A stretch of 64,000 bases of DNA from contig OY969724.1 of assembly GCA_963702205.1 (NCBI GenBank), forward strand, positions 2,528,001 to 2,592,000, written 5' to 3'. Numbering within the stretch: position 1 is the stretch's first letter; each line of letters opens with the position of its first letter. Source of the DNA: an uncultured candidate division Zixibacteria bacterium. GTDB lineage: Bacteria; Zixibacteria; MSB-5A5; GN15; PGXB01. Below the pieces are notes generated by a model. That model searched no databases, was not told the DNA's origin, and saw only the letters and a list, made by a program, of their open reading frames with translations. Positions 1 through 9,930 of this stretch are shown in pieces. A program made the position numbers and the translations under genes.

Positions 1-290
1 ATTTCGTTCAAATAATTTACGGCCAGGCCTTTAGGATAGGATAAACTGGGAGCCTGCAGGCCCGTAGCCGGATTATACACCGGCTGACTGGTTCCCAGAC
101 CGAACTCGCCGAAGTTTGAGATGGTCATGGCGACCAGGCCGATGTCCTGAACCGCCACGCGCTTGAGTAAAACCTCGGCTTCGTTGAACAAAGCGTGGGA
201 TTTTATTTCACGATATTCCTGTCGGGCAGGAACACTGCCTGCAATGAAAACACCGCCAAGTATCAGGAGGGGGATAATTTTAAAGTTCAT
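1..290 (-). CDS. 5' part of a third paralog of the secreted ~890-aa protein family (runs off the left edge; not in the ORF track)
   Basis: Manual translation from ATG at 290: MNFKIIPLLILGGVFIAGSVPARQE...RVAVQDIGLVAMTISNFGEFGLGTSQPVYNPATGLQAPSLSYPKGLAVNYL. This aligns with IAVHNINNVNITVTNIGQFGLGYLGPQTDPLTGNAAPSCYFP of the adjacent gene and has a signal-peptide-like N-terminus. Confidence 0.85.
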   Translation of the reverse strand, partial: MNFKIIPLLILGGVFIAGSVPARQEYREIKSHALFNEAEVLLKRVAVQDIGLVAMTISNFGEFGLGTSQPVYNPATGLQAPSLSYPKGLAVNYLNE

Positions 291-313
291 GGGGCGTGTC
301 GCCTCGGTGTCAA

Positions 314-2983
314 TTATAAAATGATGACAATTTTGCCCAATTGGTTGCCATATTCGGATTCGACCGAATAATAATAAATTCCGGAAACAACCGCCTGAGT
401 GTTCCTCGTTATCAGATCCCAGGTTTCGTGCATGGCTTTTGGATCACCGGGAGGGACATCGTGTTCAATCTGCCGTACCAAGTCGCCATCGAGCGTATAA
501 ATGCGAATCGTGCATTTATGAGGAAGATTGGCAAAATGTATTGCGCGGGTTCGTTCCAGAGGCAGGGTCGTTTCGGTCGACCCCTCCAGTCCCATAGCAC
601 GATAGTTGCCGTCAATGCGATACGGATTGGGGTAGACGACGACATTGAGCTTTTGTTCTTCGACCATATCCGCCGAATTTTGAGGATATTCACCGACCAC
701 GTTGATCAGCGGGCTGGTTTCCAGCGAGGTTAAACCGAATCCCGGAGACCCGTAATCGAAGGCCGTAACGGTTACATAGTACAACAATGACGGCAGCAGA
801 TCGCGAACGATATATTCATATTCGAAGTATTTGAACTCACCATTTTCCGTCAGCTCATCCGGGTAATAAATAGCGGCCGAATCCGGGTCGATGGTCGACG
901 GATAGGGCTGATCGGGATAAACTTTATGGATCTGGAAGGTGTCCAGCAGGTTGCTCTGGTTCCAGTCCTGAGGGACGAAATAAAAAATAGAGTCCTCGCC
1001 GGACGGATTCGGTACCAGCAGCGGGTGATCGACGTCGTGCTGAAAAGGATCAAAACCCTGGCCGTACATGGATAGCAATTGAGCAAGAGTGAAAGGTATG
1101 TCAAGAAGTTCCCACGCCTGGTGATTGCGGACATAGGTCCAGCGATTAAAATCATCGCGGTCGTAAGAATTCAGCAACACGAAGTTTTTTATCTGCTTGG
1201 TCATGGAATACATGACCCGGTAGCCTTCAAAATCGTAATCGTCCGAGAACCTGTCCGGGGTCAGTTCGCTGGCGAATCCGTTCCATCTGATTACCAGACG
1301 CCCGCGATTGAATTCGTCGACTTCGGGTTGCACCCTCAACACCGGAGCGGGGGGAGGCTGGGCACCGATAAAATCCGGAACCCCGTCACCTTCGTACCAG
1401 GTTGTATCACAGGTGCCGTATACGTAAGTCGTCTCCGGGGGATCGACTTGATCGTTGATTTCCAGAGTGGTGTCGAGACAGCAGATTCTGAATTTTCCGA
1501 AATATCTGTCGCCGTTGCTGTCAATGTGCGGGTTGTCGTATATGAACGACGCCCATTTTGAATTGTAGGCGAGGCTGTCAAAATCGAGGGAATTGTAATA
1601 AGTTTCGGGCCGCAACGGGTCAAAAAGGTCCTTGAAATCGTTGCCGTGGACGTGAAGGTCGTTGGCGCAAATATAGGCGAACGTTACCGGCAGAACCTCG
1701 CCCGGAGACAGATTAAACGGACCGAACGACAGCAGGTAGCGGGCGTCAAAACCGTTTGCGAAGTCAGTCGCTGACGCCGGAGGAGAGAGCCAGCCGGCCG
1801 CGGTATGATCTTTGGCCGTAAACATTTGATCGTAATCGAATTCCCGGTTCTGCATCACGTAATATTTGTTTCGATCCCCCAGAGGAGTGCCGAGGACGCC
1901 GCTCATGTCCCGAAAGGGATGTTCGGGAGTACCGGTTCTGCGAGGACCGAAATCGAGCGCAGCGCTACTGTAATTGGTAATCCACCAGTTAAATGAATAT
2001 TTCAATGAATCCGACGGAGTTCTGACAACCCTGACCCCGGCCACGCTGCGACAACTGGTTGGTGTGAAATTGCCGGATTCGTCGGGATCGCCGTCATTGT
2101 CCATTATATATGCCACGTTGATTGTATCACGAAAACCGCATGGAGATTCGGTCGGGTGATCCTGCCTGAAACCGCAAATATCGTCATCATATCCGGCAGA
2201 ACCCGATCGGGATTCATGATGAACGTCGCCGTCGACGTAAATCGCCATATATACCTGTTCGAGTTCGCGCCGCCCGATATTTTTTATGGAATAATCGAAG
2301 AGAATAAAATCGCGTGCATAGGCATAACTCCAGGCATAGCTGCGCTGAGTAACTTCGACGTTCAACGGACGGTGGGGGCGGCCGTCGGTATTGTCGGTAT
2401 TAACGTAGCTCGGATCCGTAAGTGTGTCCGAGTACACGGCCATAATGTCCTGTTCCGATTTTGCCTGCGGGTCGAAAAAAGGATTGCTCGGTTCAATCGA
2501 TCCGTAATTAATATCGCCAAATGGATAAGGATCCGGCCAGAATTCCACGACGCTGTAATAATCATCGACGCCAATTGAAACCAGCGTGTCACGGCCGACA
2601 ATGGCACCTATCCAGAACCCGCCGACATACAGATGTTCCACCTTGCTGTTGGTCGGAAAATAACAGGAGGGGGCCGCGTTGCCGGTCAGAGGATCGGTTT
2701 GTGGTCCGAGATAACCCAGGCCGAACTGACCGATATTCGTAACCGTTATGTTGACATTGTTAATATTATGGACGGCAATGGTAACATAGGGATTATTCGA
2801 AGCGGCCGCTTTCATAAGCCGCGCTCCCGGCTTCAGGTAAGAAGATTCCTTCGGTGATTCCAGCGCTCTTACCGTACCGAATGGCGAGGCTATAACAAGA
2901 AAAGACAGAAGACCGAATAAAACCGTCCTGAAGTCGTCCCAATGTGCCGCTTTTATCATTTTATCAAATGCCCCTCGCACCAT
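314..2983 (-). CDS. Secreted protein of unknown function with an interrupted FN3-like region and a C-terminal T9SS type A sorting-domain-like tail
   Basis: 889-aa ORF with a hydrophobic N-terminus; PPPAP..LVIRW..DFEGYRV..YYVTVTAFD (FN3-like); tail VVVYPNPY..TIRIYTLDGDLVRQI..WDL..SGIYYYSVES..GKIVIIL. Start codon uncertain (2983 or 2959). Confidence 0.75.
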   Translation of the reverse strand: MVRGAFDKMIKAAHWDDFRTVLFGLLSFLVIASPFGTVRALESPKESSYLKPGARLMKAAASNNPYVTIAVHNINNVNITVTNIGQFGLGYLGPQTDPLTGNAAPSCYFPTNSKVEHLYVGGFWIGAIVGRDTLVSIGVDDYYSVVEFWPDPYPFGDINYGSIEPSNPFFDPQAKSEQDIMAVYSDTLTDPSYVNTDNTDGRPHRPLNVEVTQRSYAWSYAYARDFILFDYSIKNIGRRELEQVYMAIYVDGDVHHESRSGSAGYDDDICGFRQDHPTESPCGFRDTINVAYIMDNDGDPDESGNFTPTSCRSVAGVRVVRTPSDSLKYSFNWWITNYSSAALDFGPRRTGTPEHPFRDMSGVLGTPLGDRNKYYVMQNREFDYDQMFTAKDHTAAGWLSPPASATDFANGFDARYLLSFGPFNLSPGEVLPVTFAYICANDLHVHGNDFKDLFDPLRPETYYNSLDFDSLAYNSKWASFIYDNPHIDSNGDRYFGKFRICCLDTTLEINDQVDPPETTYVYGTCDTTWYEGDGVPDFIGAQPPPAPVLRVQPEVDEFNRGRLVIRWNGFASELTPDRFSDDYDFEGYRVMYSMTKQIKNFVLLNSYDRDDFNRWTYVRNHQAWELLDIPFTLAQLLSMYGQGFDPFQHDVDHPLLVPNPSGEDSIFYFVPQDWNQSNLLDTFQIHKVYPDQPYPSTIDPDSAAIYYPDELTENGEFKYFEYEYIVRDLLPSLLYYVTVTAFDYGSPGFGLTSLETSPLINVVGEYPQNSADMVEEQKLNVVVYPNPYRIDGNYRAMGLEGSTETTLPLERTRAIHFANLPHKCTIRIYTLDGDLVRQIEHDVPPGDPKAMHETWDLITRNTQAVVSGIYYYSVESEYGNQLGKIVIIL

Positions 2984-3063
2984 GTTTTCATCCAGGTTCG
3001 ACGTTGTCGGCGTTGAGAATTTATGCAGGGATTAGTCAACTGATGGCGGCCCGATTGAAATGG

Positions 3064-3093
3064 ACGAGGCGGGTACAATTGCATCCGCCTCGT
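3064..3093 (-). terminator. GC-rich hairpin between paralogs (weak terminator or mRNA stabiliser)
   Basis: ACGAGGCGG...CCGCCTCGT inverted repeat just after the stop at 3104; no clear U-tract. Confidence 0.45.
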
Positions 3094-3103
3094 TCAGAAT
3101 AAT

Positions 3104-5761
3104 TTACTTAATAATAACTATTTTGCCGATCTGATTGCCGGATTCGGATTCGACCGAATAATAATATATTCCGGACACGACCGCCTGAGTATTTCTCGTA
3201 ATTAAATCCCAGGTTTCGTGCATAGCCCTGTTCGAGTCTTTCGGTTTATCGTGATCGATTTGCCGAACCAGGTCGCCATCGATGGTATAAATTCTTATGG
3301 TGCATTTATTGGGAAGATTGGCAAAATGCAAAAGTCTGTCTCGTTCGGTATTCGGATCGGGGACATCACGACCTTCGAAATTACCGCCTTCGGCATTTTG
3401 ATAGTTGGCGTCAATGCGATACGGATTCGGATATACGACGACGTTCAAACCTTTTTCTTCGATCGTCGAATTATCGTACTGCGCATACTCGGAAATCATA
3501 TTCTTCGATACTGCCGTTTCAAGTGAAGGCAATCCGCTCGAGGGCGAGCCATAATCGAAAGCGGTAACGGCCACATAATACAACTGAGAAGGCAGCAGCT
3601 TGCGAATCGTGTATTCGTACTCATAATACTTGAAATATCCATCGTCGGTAAGTTCTTCAGGATGATAAACGGCCGCAGAATCGGGATTTGTACTGATCGG
3701 GAGCGGCTCATCGGGATAAATTTTATGAATTAAAGTAGTATCTGATAAATCGGAGCGGTTCCAATCCTGAGGAGTGAAATAATAATACTGCTCGGCCTCG
3801 GTATCGTAGTACAGGTTATCAACGGTATAAAGCGAAGGATTAAAGTCGGGTCCGTACATTTCCTGAAGCTGAGCCAGCGTGAAGGGCACCTGCCTTAATA
3901 CCCATATACCGTTATTGCTGTCATATTCCCAGCGATTGAAGTCGTCAATATCGTACGAAGTCAGAAGGACGAACTGCTCGGGGTCAGAAGAAAGCGAATA
4001 ATAGATTCGATATCCTTCAAAGTCGATTAATCCGCTGAAATTGTCGGGCGTGGTTTCCGATTCAAAACCGTTGATGCGAATTCCCAACTCGCCTTCATTG
4101 AACTCGTTGACCGTCGGTGTAACCCAGAATTTCGGGGCCACGGGAGGCCGCGCGCCTTCAAAATCGGGAATACCGTCGCCTTCATACCACATGGTGTCGG
4201 CCTTGATGCATACGGTGAGAGTTTCCGTTACGAGAGGGTCGAGTGAGATCGTGTCGATTTCACTCCCTTCTTCTTTGCAACAAACTCGGTATTTACCCAA
4301 AAAATGATTGCCGTTCGAGTCGCGGTTGGGATTGTCATAAATCCACGAAGCCCACACCGAATTCAATCCGAGATCCTGGAAATTAAGAGAGTCGTAATAC
4401 TCCTGCGGCATCTGCGGATTCCATAAGTTTTTAAAATCTTCGCAGTGACGGTGAAAATCCCTGCCGCCAATGTACGCGAAACTGAGCCGGAGAACTTCGC
4501 CGGGCGAAATGTTGAAAGGTCCGAACGAAAGCAGATACCGCGTGTCAAAACCGTTGGCAATATCATTCGCTTCAGGTCCGGGAGGAAGCCAGCCCTCGGC
4601 GGTTTGATCGACGGCGCTGAACATCTGATCGTAATCGAATTCTTCATGACGCATGATGTAGTATTTGTTTTTATCGCCTTCCGGAGTGCCCAGAAAGCCT
4701 CCAAAATCTCTAAAGGGGTCGGTTGCAGTGCCGGATTTTCGCGGACCAAAATCCAGATTCGGGGTAGTGTTCGAAACCCACCAGTTGAATGAATATTTCA
4801 ATGAATCGGACGGAGTTCTGACCACTCTGGTTCCCGTAACATGAGGGACGTCGAAACCGCTGGGACAGGTCAGAGCCGGATCATTGAGCTTACCGTCATT
4901 ATCCGCAATCCAGGCAATATTGATAGTATCGCGGAATCCACAAGACGGATCGATATTCGGAAGGGGAGTCGGAAGATCTCTCTTAAAACCACAAATATCA
5001 TCCTTGAATTCTACGCCCGTGGAGGAGCTTGCCGGGCCGACGTCGCCATCGACATAAATACCCATATAAACCTGATCCAAATCTCTTCGACCGATATTTT
5101 TTATGGCATAGTCGAACAGAATAAAATCTTCGGCATAGCTGTAAGACCAACCCAGACTTTTTTCCGTTATTTCAATATTCAGAGGCTGATGAGGGCGGCC
5201 GTCGATGGGATCAATAGAAACATAGCTTTGATCGGTCAACGTATCGGTATAGTGCGAGATAAAATCCTGTTCGGAAAGGGCCCCAGCCACGACGTCTTCC
5301 GGGTTCGATATGGACAATCTCTGAATATCACCATTCAAAGCGCATGGAGGCGGCCACATCTCCTGGGTAGAAGACCAGCCATCGGCGCCAACCGATACCA
5401 GGGTATCTCGTCCGACAATGGAGCCGATCCAGAAGGCTCCGGCAAACAAATATGTATTTGAAGACGGATAAGGGTATGAAGCAGAACGCGCTACGGCTCC
5501 CGTGATGGGGTCAGTACCAGTTGCACCCGGCAGAAAACCTGTGCCGAAAAATCCCTGATTGGTTACACATAACCCCATCTTATTGACGGTATGCATGGCC
5601 AAGTTGGCACATGGGGTGTTGGTGGCATTAGGTTTGTAGAAAACGCCCGGACCGATATCGTCGGGATCAAAATTGCCTCGAGCGAATAAGACAACCGGTG
5701 TCAGGCACAAAAGCATTAATGCAAAAACAGCCGATATCGCTCGATATTTCGGGGAATTCAT
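3104..5761 (-). CDS. Secreted protein, full-length paralog of 314..2983, with a T9SS-CTD-like tail
   Basis: Colinear with its neighbour, sharing the motifs GRDTLVS, WSY.YA.DFILFDY.IKNIGRR, RVVRTPSDSLKYSFNWW and HETWDLITRNTQAVVSGIYYYSVESE. Start placed at MNSPKY (ATG 5761) behind a GGAGG RBS. Confidence 0.8.
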   Translation of the reverse strand: MNSPKYRAISAVFALMLLCLTPVVLFARGNFDPDDIGPGVFYKPNATNTPCANLAMHTVNKMGLCVTNQGFFGTGFLPGATGTDPITGAVARSASYPYPSSNTYLFAGAFWIGSIVGRDTLVSVGADGWSSTQEMWPPPCALNGDIQRLSISNPEDVVAGALSEQDFISHYTDTLTDQSYVSIDPIDGRPHQPLNIEITEKSLGWSYSYAEDFILFDYAIKNIGRRDLDQVYMGIYVDGDVGPASSSTGVEFKDDICGFKRDLPTPLPNIDPSCGFRDTINIAWIADNDGKLNDPALTCPSGFDVPHVTGTRVVRTPSDSLKYSFNWWVSNTTPNLDFGPRKSGTATDPFRDFGGFLGTPEGDKNKYYIMRHEEFDYDQMFSAVDQTAEGWLPPGPEANDIANGFDTRYLLSFGPFNISPGEVLRLSFAYIGGRDFHRHCEDFKNLWNPQMPQEYYDSLNFQDLGLNSVWASWIYDNPNRDSNGNHFLGKYRVCCKEEGSEIDTISLDPLVTETLTVCIKADTMWYEGDGIPDFEGARPPVAPKFWVTPTVNEFNEGELGIRINGFESETTPDNFSGLIDFEGYRIYYSLSSDPEQFVLLTSYDIDDFNRWEYDSNNGIWVLRQVPFTLAQLQEMYGPDFNPSLYTVDNLYYDTEAEQYYYFTPQDWNRSDLSDTTLIHKIYPDEPLPISTNPDSAAVYHPEELTDDGYFKYYEYEYTIRKLLPSQLYYVAVTAFDYGSPSSGLPSLETAVSKNMISEYAQYDNSTIEEKGLNVVVYPNPYRIDANYQNAEGGNFEGRDVPDPNTERDRLLHFANLPNKCTIRIYTIDGDLVRQIDHDKPKDSNRAMHETWDLITRNTQAVVSGIYYYSVESESGNQIGKIVIIK

Positions 5762-5963
5762 TCTCCACCCTCCAAATTTATTAACAACCATTTTTCGCGT
5801 TTTTTATAACCTTTAAGTTTAGCAAATAGCGGTGCAAAACGCAAGTGGGAAAACGGCCTAAACATAAGTTTTTATGTTTGGGTGAGGGGAATTCCGGCGG
5901 TAATTTCCTTATATATTACGTAATAGCTGTCAAAATATCCAATAAATTCGAGTTTGGATTCAT

Positions 5964-5997
5964 AAAAAAAACCGCCGTGTTTTCGGCGGTTTTTTTT
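5964..5997 (-). terminator. Rho-independent terminator (symmetrical) after the M16 pair
   Basis: A8-CCGCCG-loop-CGGCGG-T8. Confidence 0.85.
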
Positions 5998-6011
5998 GCA
6001 AATATTAAGTA

Positions 6012-8141
6012 TTACGGTTTGTCAAAAGTGCCTTCGGGAATGGTCGGGTTTATTTCATAGGAATCAACGGCGATATCCATAACCCTGGTGCCATCGGATT
6101 CAACCGACATGGCGAAAGGCAGCTTGACTCCGGAGACATCTCTGTAATCGTTCATTTTAACCGTCAGGTTGCCGGTGCCCATCATAGTCTCGCCGAAATA
6201 CATTTTGCCGATCGGCAGATTCGTGCTGGCATCGAGGGCCAGTTTATACGAATAGCTGTCATCCATAGTGGCAATTTTGACCACTTTGACGGGCGTATCA
6301 CCGAGTTTGTCCTCGCCGATATAGATCGCCTTAAAATTTGGGTTCTTGATGTCTTTGAAAAGGTGAATCTGATCTCTGAAACGGTCCTCTTTGCTGCTGG
6401 CGATTCTGTCGGAAGGCATATCCGCCACGTTCGGTCCCTGTGACATCCAGCCGGAATCGCCGGTTACGACGGTAACCATCTCTCCCATAGGGGTGGAGAT
6501 GACGTCTTTTTCCTTATCCGGCAGGACCGAAATGGATTTTACACCGATCGACATGTTGCCCTGAGGGGTAATAATGGTCACATTTTGTTTGGACGAGGTG
6601 GCGTTAATTTTCTGGAAGTTGGCCACTCCGCCGCAGGCATGGGCGGCTTTGTTCAATAAATCCATGCCCATGGCGAGCGTTTCATCGTTTTCCGTGACTT
6701 CCTCGGCCACCGCACCGCTCGGTATGGTTATATCCACGTCGGTAACCTGTCCCAGCGTGGAAAGCGGTTTGTCATACTTATCGGGCTGGCCGACGACGAC
6801 CACTTTCAATTCATCGGGATGGAAGCGGCGTTTGGCCACGTCGACGACGTCCTGAGGTGTGACATTTTCGATTTTGTCTTTCAGCGTATACAGGAAGTCC
6901 TGCGGGAAATTGAAATAATCATACATCATCATACGATTAATGATTTCACCTTTGGAATCGAACTTGAACACGAACGAATTCAGGAATGATTCCTTGGCGC
7001 GTTTCATTTCATCGGGAGTGGGCGGGTCGGTCTGCATGCTCCTGATTTCGTCTTTCATTGTCTCGATTGCTTCAACGGTCGATTCAAGTTTGGTTATGGC
7101 GTAGCAATAGAATATTCCGGGATATGGAATGTTCGTGGAATAATCACCGGACGTGGAATAGGCCAACCCTTTTCGCGTTCTGACCTCGTTGAAAATTCGT
7201 CCGCCGAAACTGCCGAGTATTGAGTTGGCTACCGTAATCGCGAAATAATCGGAATCGCCGGTCAGGCCGCCGATATGCCCGAGTAAAACGCTGGATTGGG
7301 TGATGTCGTCTTTTGCAATACTGTAGACGCCCGATGCATATTTATAATTCACTTCGGGCAAAGCCGGGACGGGGCCCGAACCCTTTTTCCAATCGCCAAA
7401 GTATTTCTTTATCTTGCCCAGCATTTCGTCTTTGTTGAAATCGCCCCACATGGCGATCTGAACGTTTTCCGGGGTTACATAATTGTCGTGAAAAGCCATC
7501 ATGTCGTCACGGGTGATAGCGTTAATGGTGGCATATTCGGTATGACGGGCATAGGGGGAATCATCTCCGTAAATGGCCTTACGAAATTCCCGGATGCAGA
7601 TAGTAAAGGGTTCGTCATTTCTGGACGAGATTGCCGTCCGTTCCGCGCTCCTGGCGATATTTATTTTGTCTTCGGCGAACTGCGGGGTACGCAGCACGTC
7701 GGAAAGAATCACCAGACCGGTATCGATATAATCGGAGAGGATGTTCATGCTGGCGCCGCCGCCGATGCGGTCGATATTCGTCTCGACCGAAGCTCCGATC
7801 GCTTCCAGCGTCTGGTCTATGTCGTCACCGGACATGCGGGCCGTACCACCGGTACGCATAACGTCTCCGACCATCGAGGCCAGGCCAACCTTGTCGGCCG
7901 GGTCGAGATAACCGCCGGCGGCGAGGCGAATCGAAGCGTGCACTATCGGAAGTTCGTGGTCTTCGAGTAAATATACCCGAATTCCGTTGTCGAGAGTGAC
8001 TTTTTGAATGTCGGGCATTTGCACTTCGTTGAGCCTGGGGTATTTAAGTTTATCCACCGTTCGCTCGGCAAACCCGGTCGTGCCGATCAACAAAACCGAA
8101 ACGACCAGGAAATAAATACAATATTTGTTCGTCCTTTTCAT
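6012..8141 (-). CDS. M16B peptidase non-catalytic subunit with an extra C-terminal domain; exported
   Basis: LDNGIRVYLLEDHELP and R.RKGLAYS are M16 motifs; no HxxEH. Start MKRTNKY (8141) follows an AAGGAG that overlaps the upstream stop. Confidence 0.85.
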   Translation of the reverse strand: MKRTNKYCIYFLVVSVLLIGTTGFAERTVDKLKYPRLNEVQMPDIQKVTLDNGIRVYLLEDHELPIVHASIRLAAGGYLDPADKVGLASMVGDVMRTGGTARMSGDDIDQTLEAIGASVETNIDRIGGGASMNILSDYIDTGLVILSDVLRTPQFAEDKINIARSAERTAISSRNDEPFTICIREFRKAIYGDDSPYARHTEYATINAITRDDMMAFHDNYVTPENVQIAMWGDFNKDEMLGKIKKYFGDWKKGSGPVPALPEVNYKYASGVYSIAKDDITQSSVLLGHIGGLTGDSDYFAITVANSILGSFGGRIFNEVRTRKGLAYSTSGDYSTNIPYPGIFYCYAITKLESTVEAIETMKDEIRSMQTDPPTPDEMKRAKESFLNSFVFKFDSKGEIINRMMMYDYFNFPQDFLYTLKDKIENVTPQDVVDVAKRRFHPDELKVVVVGQPDKYDKPLSTLGQVTDVDITIPSGAVAEEVTENDETLAMGMDLLNKAAHACGGVANFQKINATSSKQNVTIITPQGNMSIGVKSISVLPDKEKDVISTPMGEMVTVVTGDSGWMSQGPNVADMPSDRIASSKEDRFRDQIHLFKDIKNPNFKAIYIGEDKLGDTPVKVVKIATMDDSYSYKLALDASTNLPIGKMYFGETMMGTGNLTVKMNDYRDVSGVKLPFAMSVESDGTRVMDIAVDSYEINPTIPEGTFDKP

Positions 8142-8151
8142 GGTTATCTCC

Positions 8152-9663
8152 TTATTGAGTCTCTTCCGGTTTTTCGATTGAACCCGTGACCCGAAGTGAA
8201 GGATCAAGGTATTTTTTGGCGACGCGTCTTAAATCTTCGGTGGTAAGGGCATTGATCTTGTCCAGTTCCTTGAACAGGTTTTTCCAGTCTCCGGTTTTGT
8301 TTTGATAAGACGCGAGCTGCCCGGCCATGCCGTTATTGGAACCCATCAGATTTATTAAACCGGCTTTGTACTGAGCCTTTATTTTTTCAAGTTCACTTTG
8401 GGGGATCAGTTCGTTGCGGACTTTATCGATTTCGGCCAGGACGGTTTTTTCGTTATCGGCGTTGTTCGATTCGTTCGAGGGAACGCACAGAACGGAAAAC
8501 ATCGACGGGTATTTACTGCCGGGATAACCGGTAAAGGCCTGCACCTCGACAGCCGTTTTGTCTTCCTTGACCAGTTTCTTGTACAAGACCGACGTCCTTC
8601 CCGAGCCCAGATAATCGGCCAGAGCGTTCAGGGCGTGCCAGTCCGGGTTGACATCGGCCGGAATATGGTAACCCAGAATGAAGAGCGGCTGCGAGTTTTC
8701 GTACATCGTCGTGGTGCGAATGCCGTACGGATCGGCCTCACGTATATCAATCGGGCGGGCGGGCTTCCTGTCTTCAAGCTGTCCGAAATATTTATCGGCA
8801 AGCCTGATTGCGTTTTGCGGGTCGACGTCGCCGACAATGGCGACCGCTAAATTACGCGGGACATATTCTTTTTGGAACTGCTCGCGCATGACCTTTCGGC
8901 TGTAATTCTGGATTTCGTTCATTTCACCGGTCAGACATTTGCCGTATGGATGAGAATTATAAGCCAGACCGGAATATTCGGATCGGAACAGGCGACCGGT
9001 CGGCATGGATTCGACACGGTAGCGTCTTTCTTCGGCGACCACCTGCTTTTCCTGGAAAAATTCCCTCAAAATCGGCTCTTTGAAGCGAGTCGCTTCCAGA
9101 TACATCCACAATTCCAGCTTGTTGGACGGCAGGCTCATGTAATACACGGTATTGTCGAAGCCGGTACCGGCGTTTTTGCCGACGGCGCCTTCCATTTCAA
9201 GCAACTGGCTGTATTCATTGCTGACCACGTACTGCTCGGCCGAATCGGTCGCGGCCTGCCGTTCATTTTCCAGTTCGGCCAGCCTGGTTGAATCGGCCAG
9301 ATCACCTTTGGCGCGTTCGTCGAGAATCAGTTCAAAAATCCGATCTTCTTCGTCCATCCATTTCTTTTCTTTATTGTAATCGGTAGTGCCGATTTCCTTG
9401 TTTCCCTTGAAGGCCATGTGTTCGAACATGTGGGAAATACCCATCGAACCCATCGGGTCATCGGCCGCCCCGTAATTGACGTTGGTAAAACATGAAATGA
9501 CCGGGGCATCGTGCCTGGGGTAGACAATCAGGGTCAATCCATTGGCGAGTTTGTGCTCGACGATTTGATTTTCGACTTCGGAAAAGTCGAACGAATAAGC
9601 CGTCGATGCCAGCAACAAAAGAAGAAAGCCAAGGACTCCGATTCCTTTGATTTTGCTGTCCAT
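8152..9663 (-). CDS. M16B (pitrilysin/insulinase family) zinc peptidase, catalytic subunit; exported
   Basis: Inverted zincin motif HMFEH, EKQVVAEERR, HPYG, signal peptide, AGGAGG RBS. Confidence 0.92.
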   Translation of the reverse strand: MDSKIKGIGVLGFLLLLLASTAYSFDFSEVENQIVEHKLANGLTLIVYPRHDAPVISCFTNVNYGAADDPMGSMGISHMFEHMAFKGNKEIGTTDYNKEKKWMDEEDRIFELILDERAKGDLADSTRLAELENERQAATDSAEQYVVSNEYSQLLEMEGAVGKNAGTGFDNTVYYMSLPSNKLELWMYLEATRFKEPILREFFQEKQVVAEERRYRVESMPTGRLFRSEYSGLAYNSHPYGKCLTGEMNEIQNYSRKVMREQFQKEYVPRNLAVAIVGDVDPQNAIRLADKYFGQLEDRKPARPIDIREADPYGIRTTTMYENSQPLFILGYHIPADVNPDWHALNALADYLGSGRTSVLYKKLVKEDKTAVEVQAFTGYPGSKYPSMFSVLCVPSNESNNADNEKTVLAEIDKVRNELIPQSELEKIKAQYKAGLINLMGSNNGMAGQLASYQNKTGDWKNLFKELDKINALTTEDLRRVAKKYLDPSLRVTGSIEKPEETQ

Positions 9664-9754
9664 TAAATTCCTCCTGGTTATTTAAATTAGATAGTCACTT
9701 CCGAATTTAATAACTGTCGTATAATGAAAAATATTTTTTTGGCATAATCCGATA

Positions 9755-9782
9755 AGATTAAAATAATTCCGGGATTTGTCAA
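9755..9782 (-). promoter_or_regulatory. Putative sigma70 promoter of the M16 operon
   Basis: Minus strand TTGACA-N16-TAATCT. Confidence 0.5.
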
Positions 9783-9878
9783 TATGAAGATTCATCAGAT
9801 TTTATAATGTATCCATGCACAATCTCCCCCGATTCTTTGACGGTAACTTCTAAATTGCCGAATTGGAGCTTTGGTTCC

Positions 9879-9909
9879 AAAAGAAAACCCCGACCAGAGC
9901 CGGGGTTTT
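9879..9909 (-). terminator. Terminator after glgP
   Basis: AAAACCCCG...CGGGGTTTT hairpin, followed on the minus strand by TTTTCTTTT. Confidence 0.7.
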
Positions 9910-9930
9910 GTAAAAACTATATTACATATC

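Noticed and set aside
314..5761. Possible diversity-generating retroelement (similar 3' ends of the paralogs)
   Set aside because: No reverse transcriptase in the window; differences are mostly synonymous and not adenine-specific; similarity spans whole genes.
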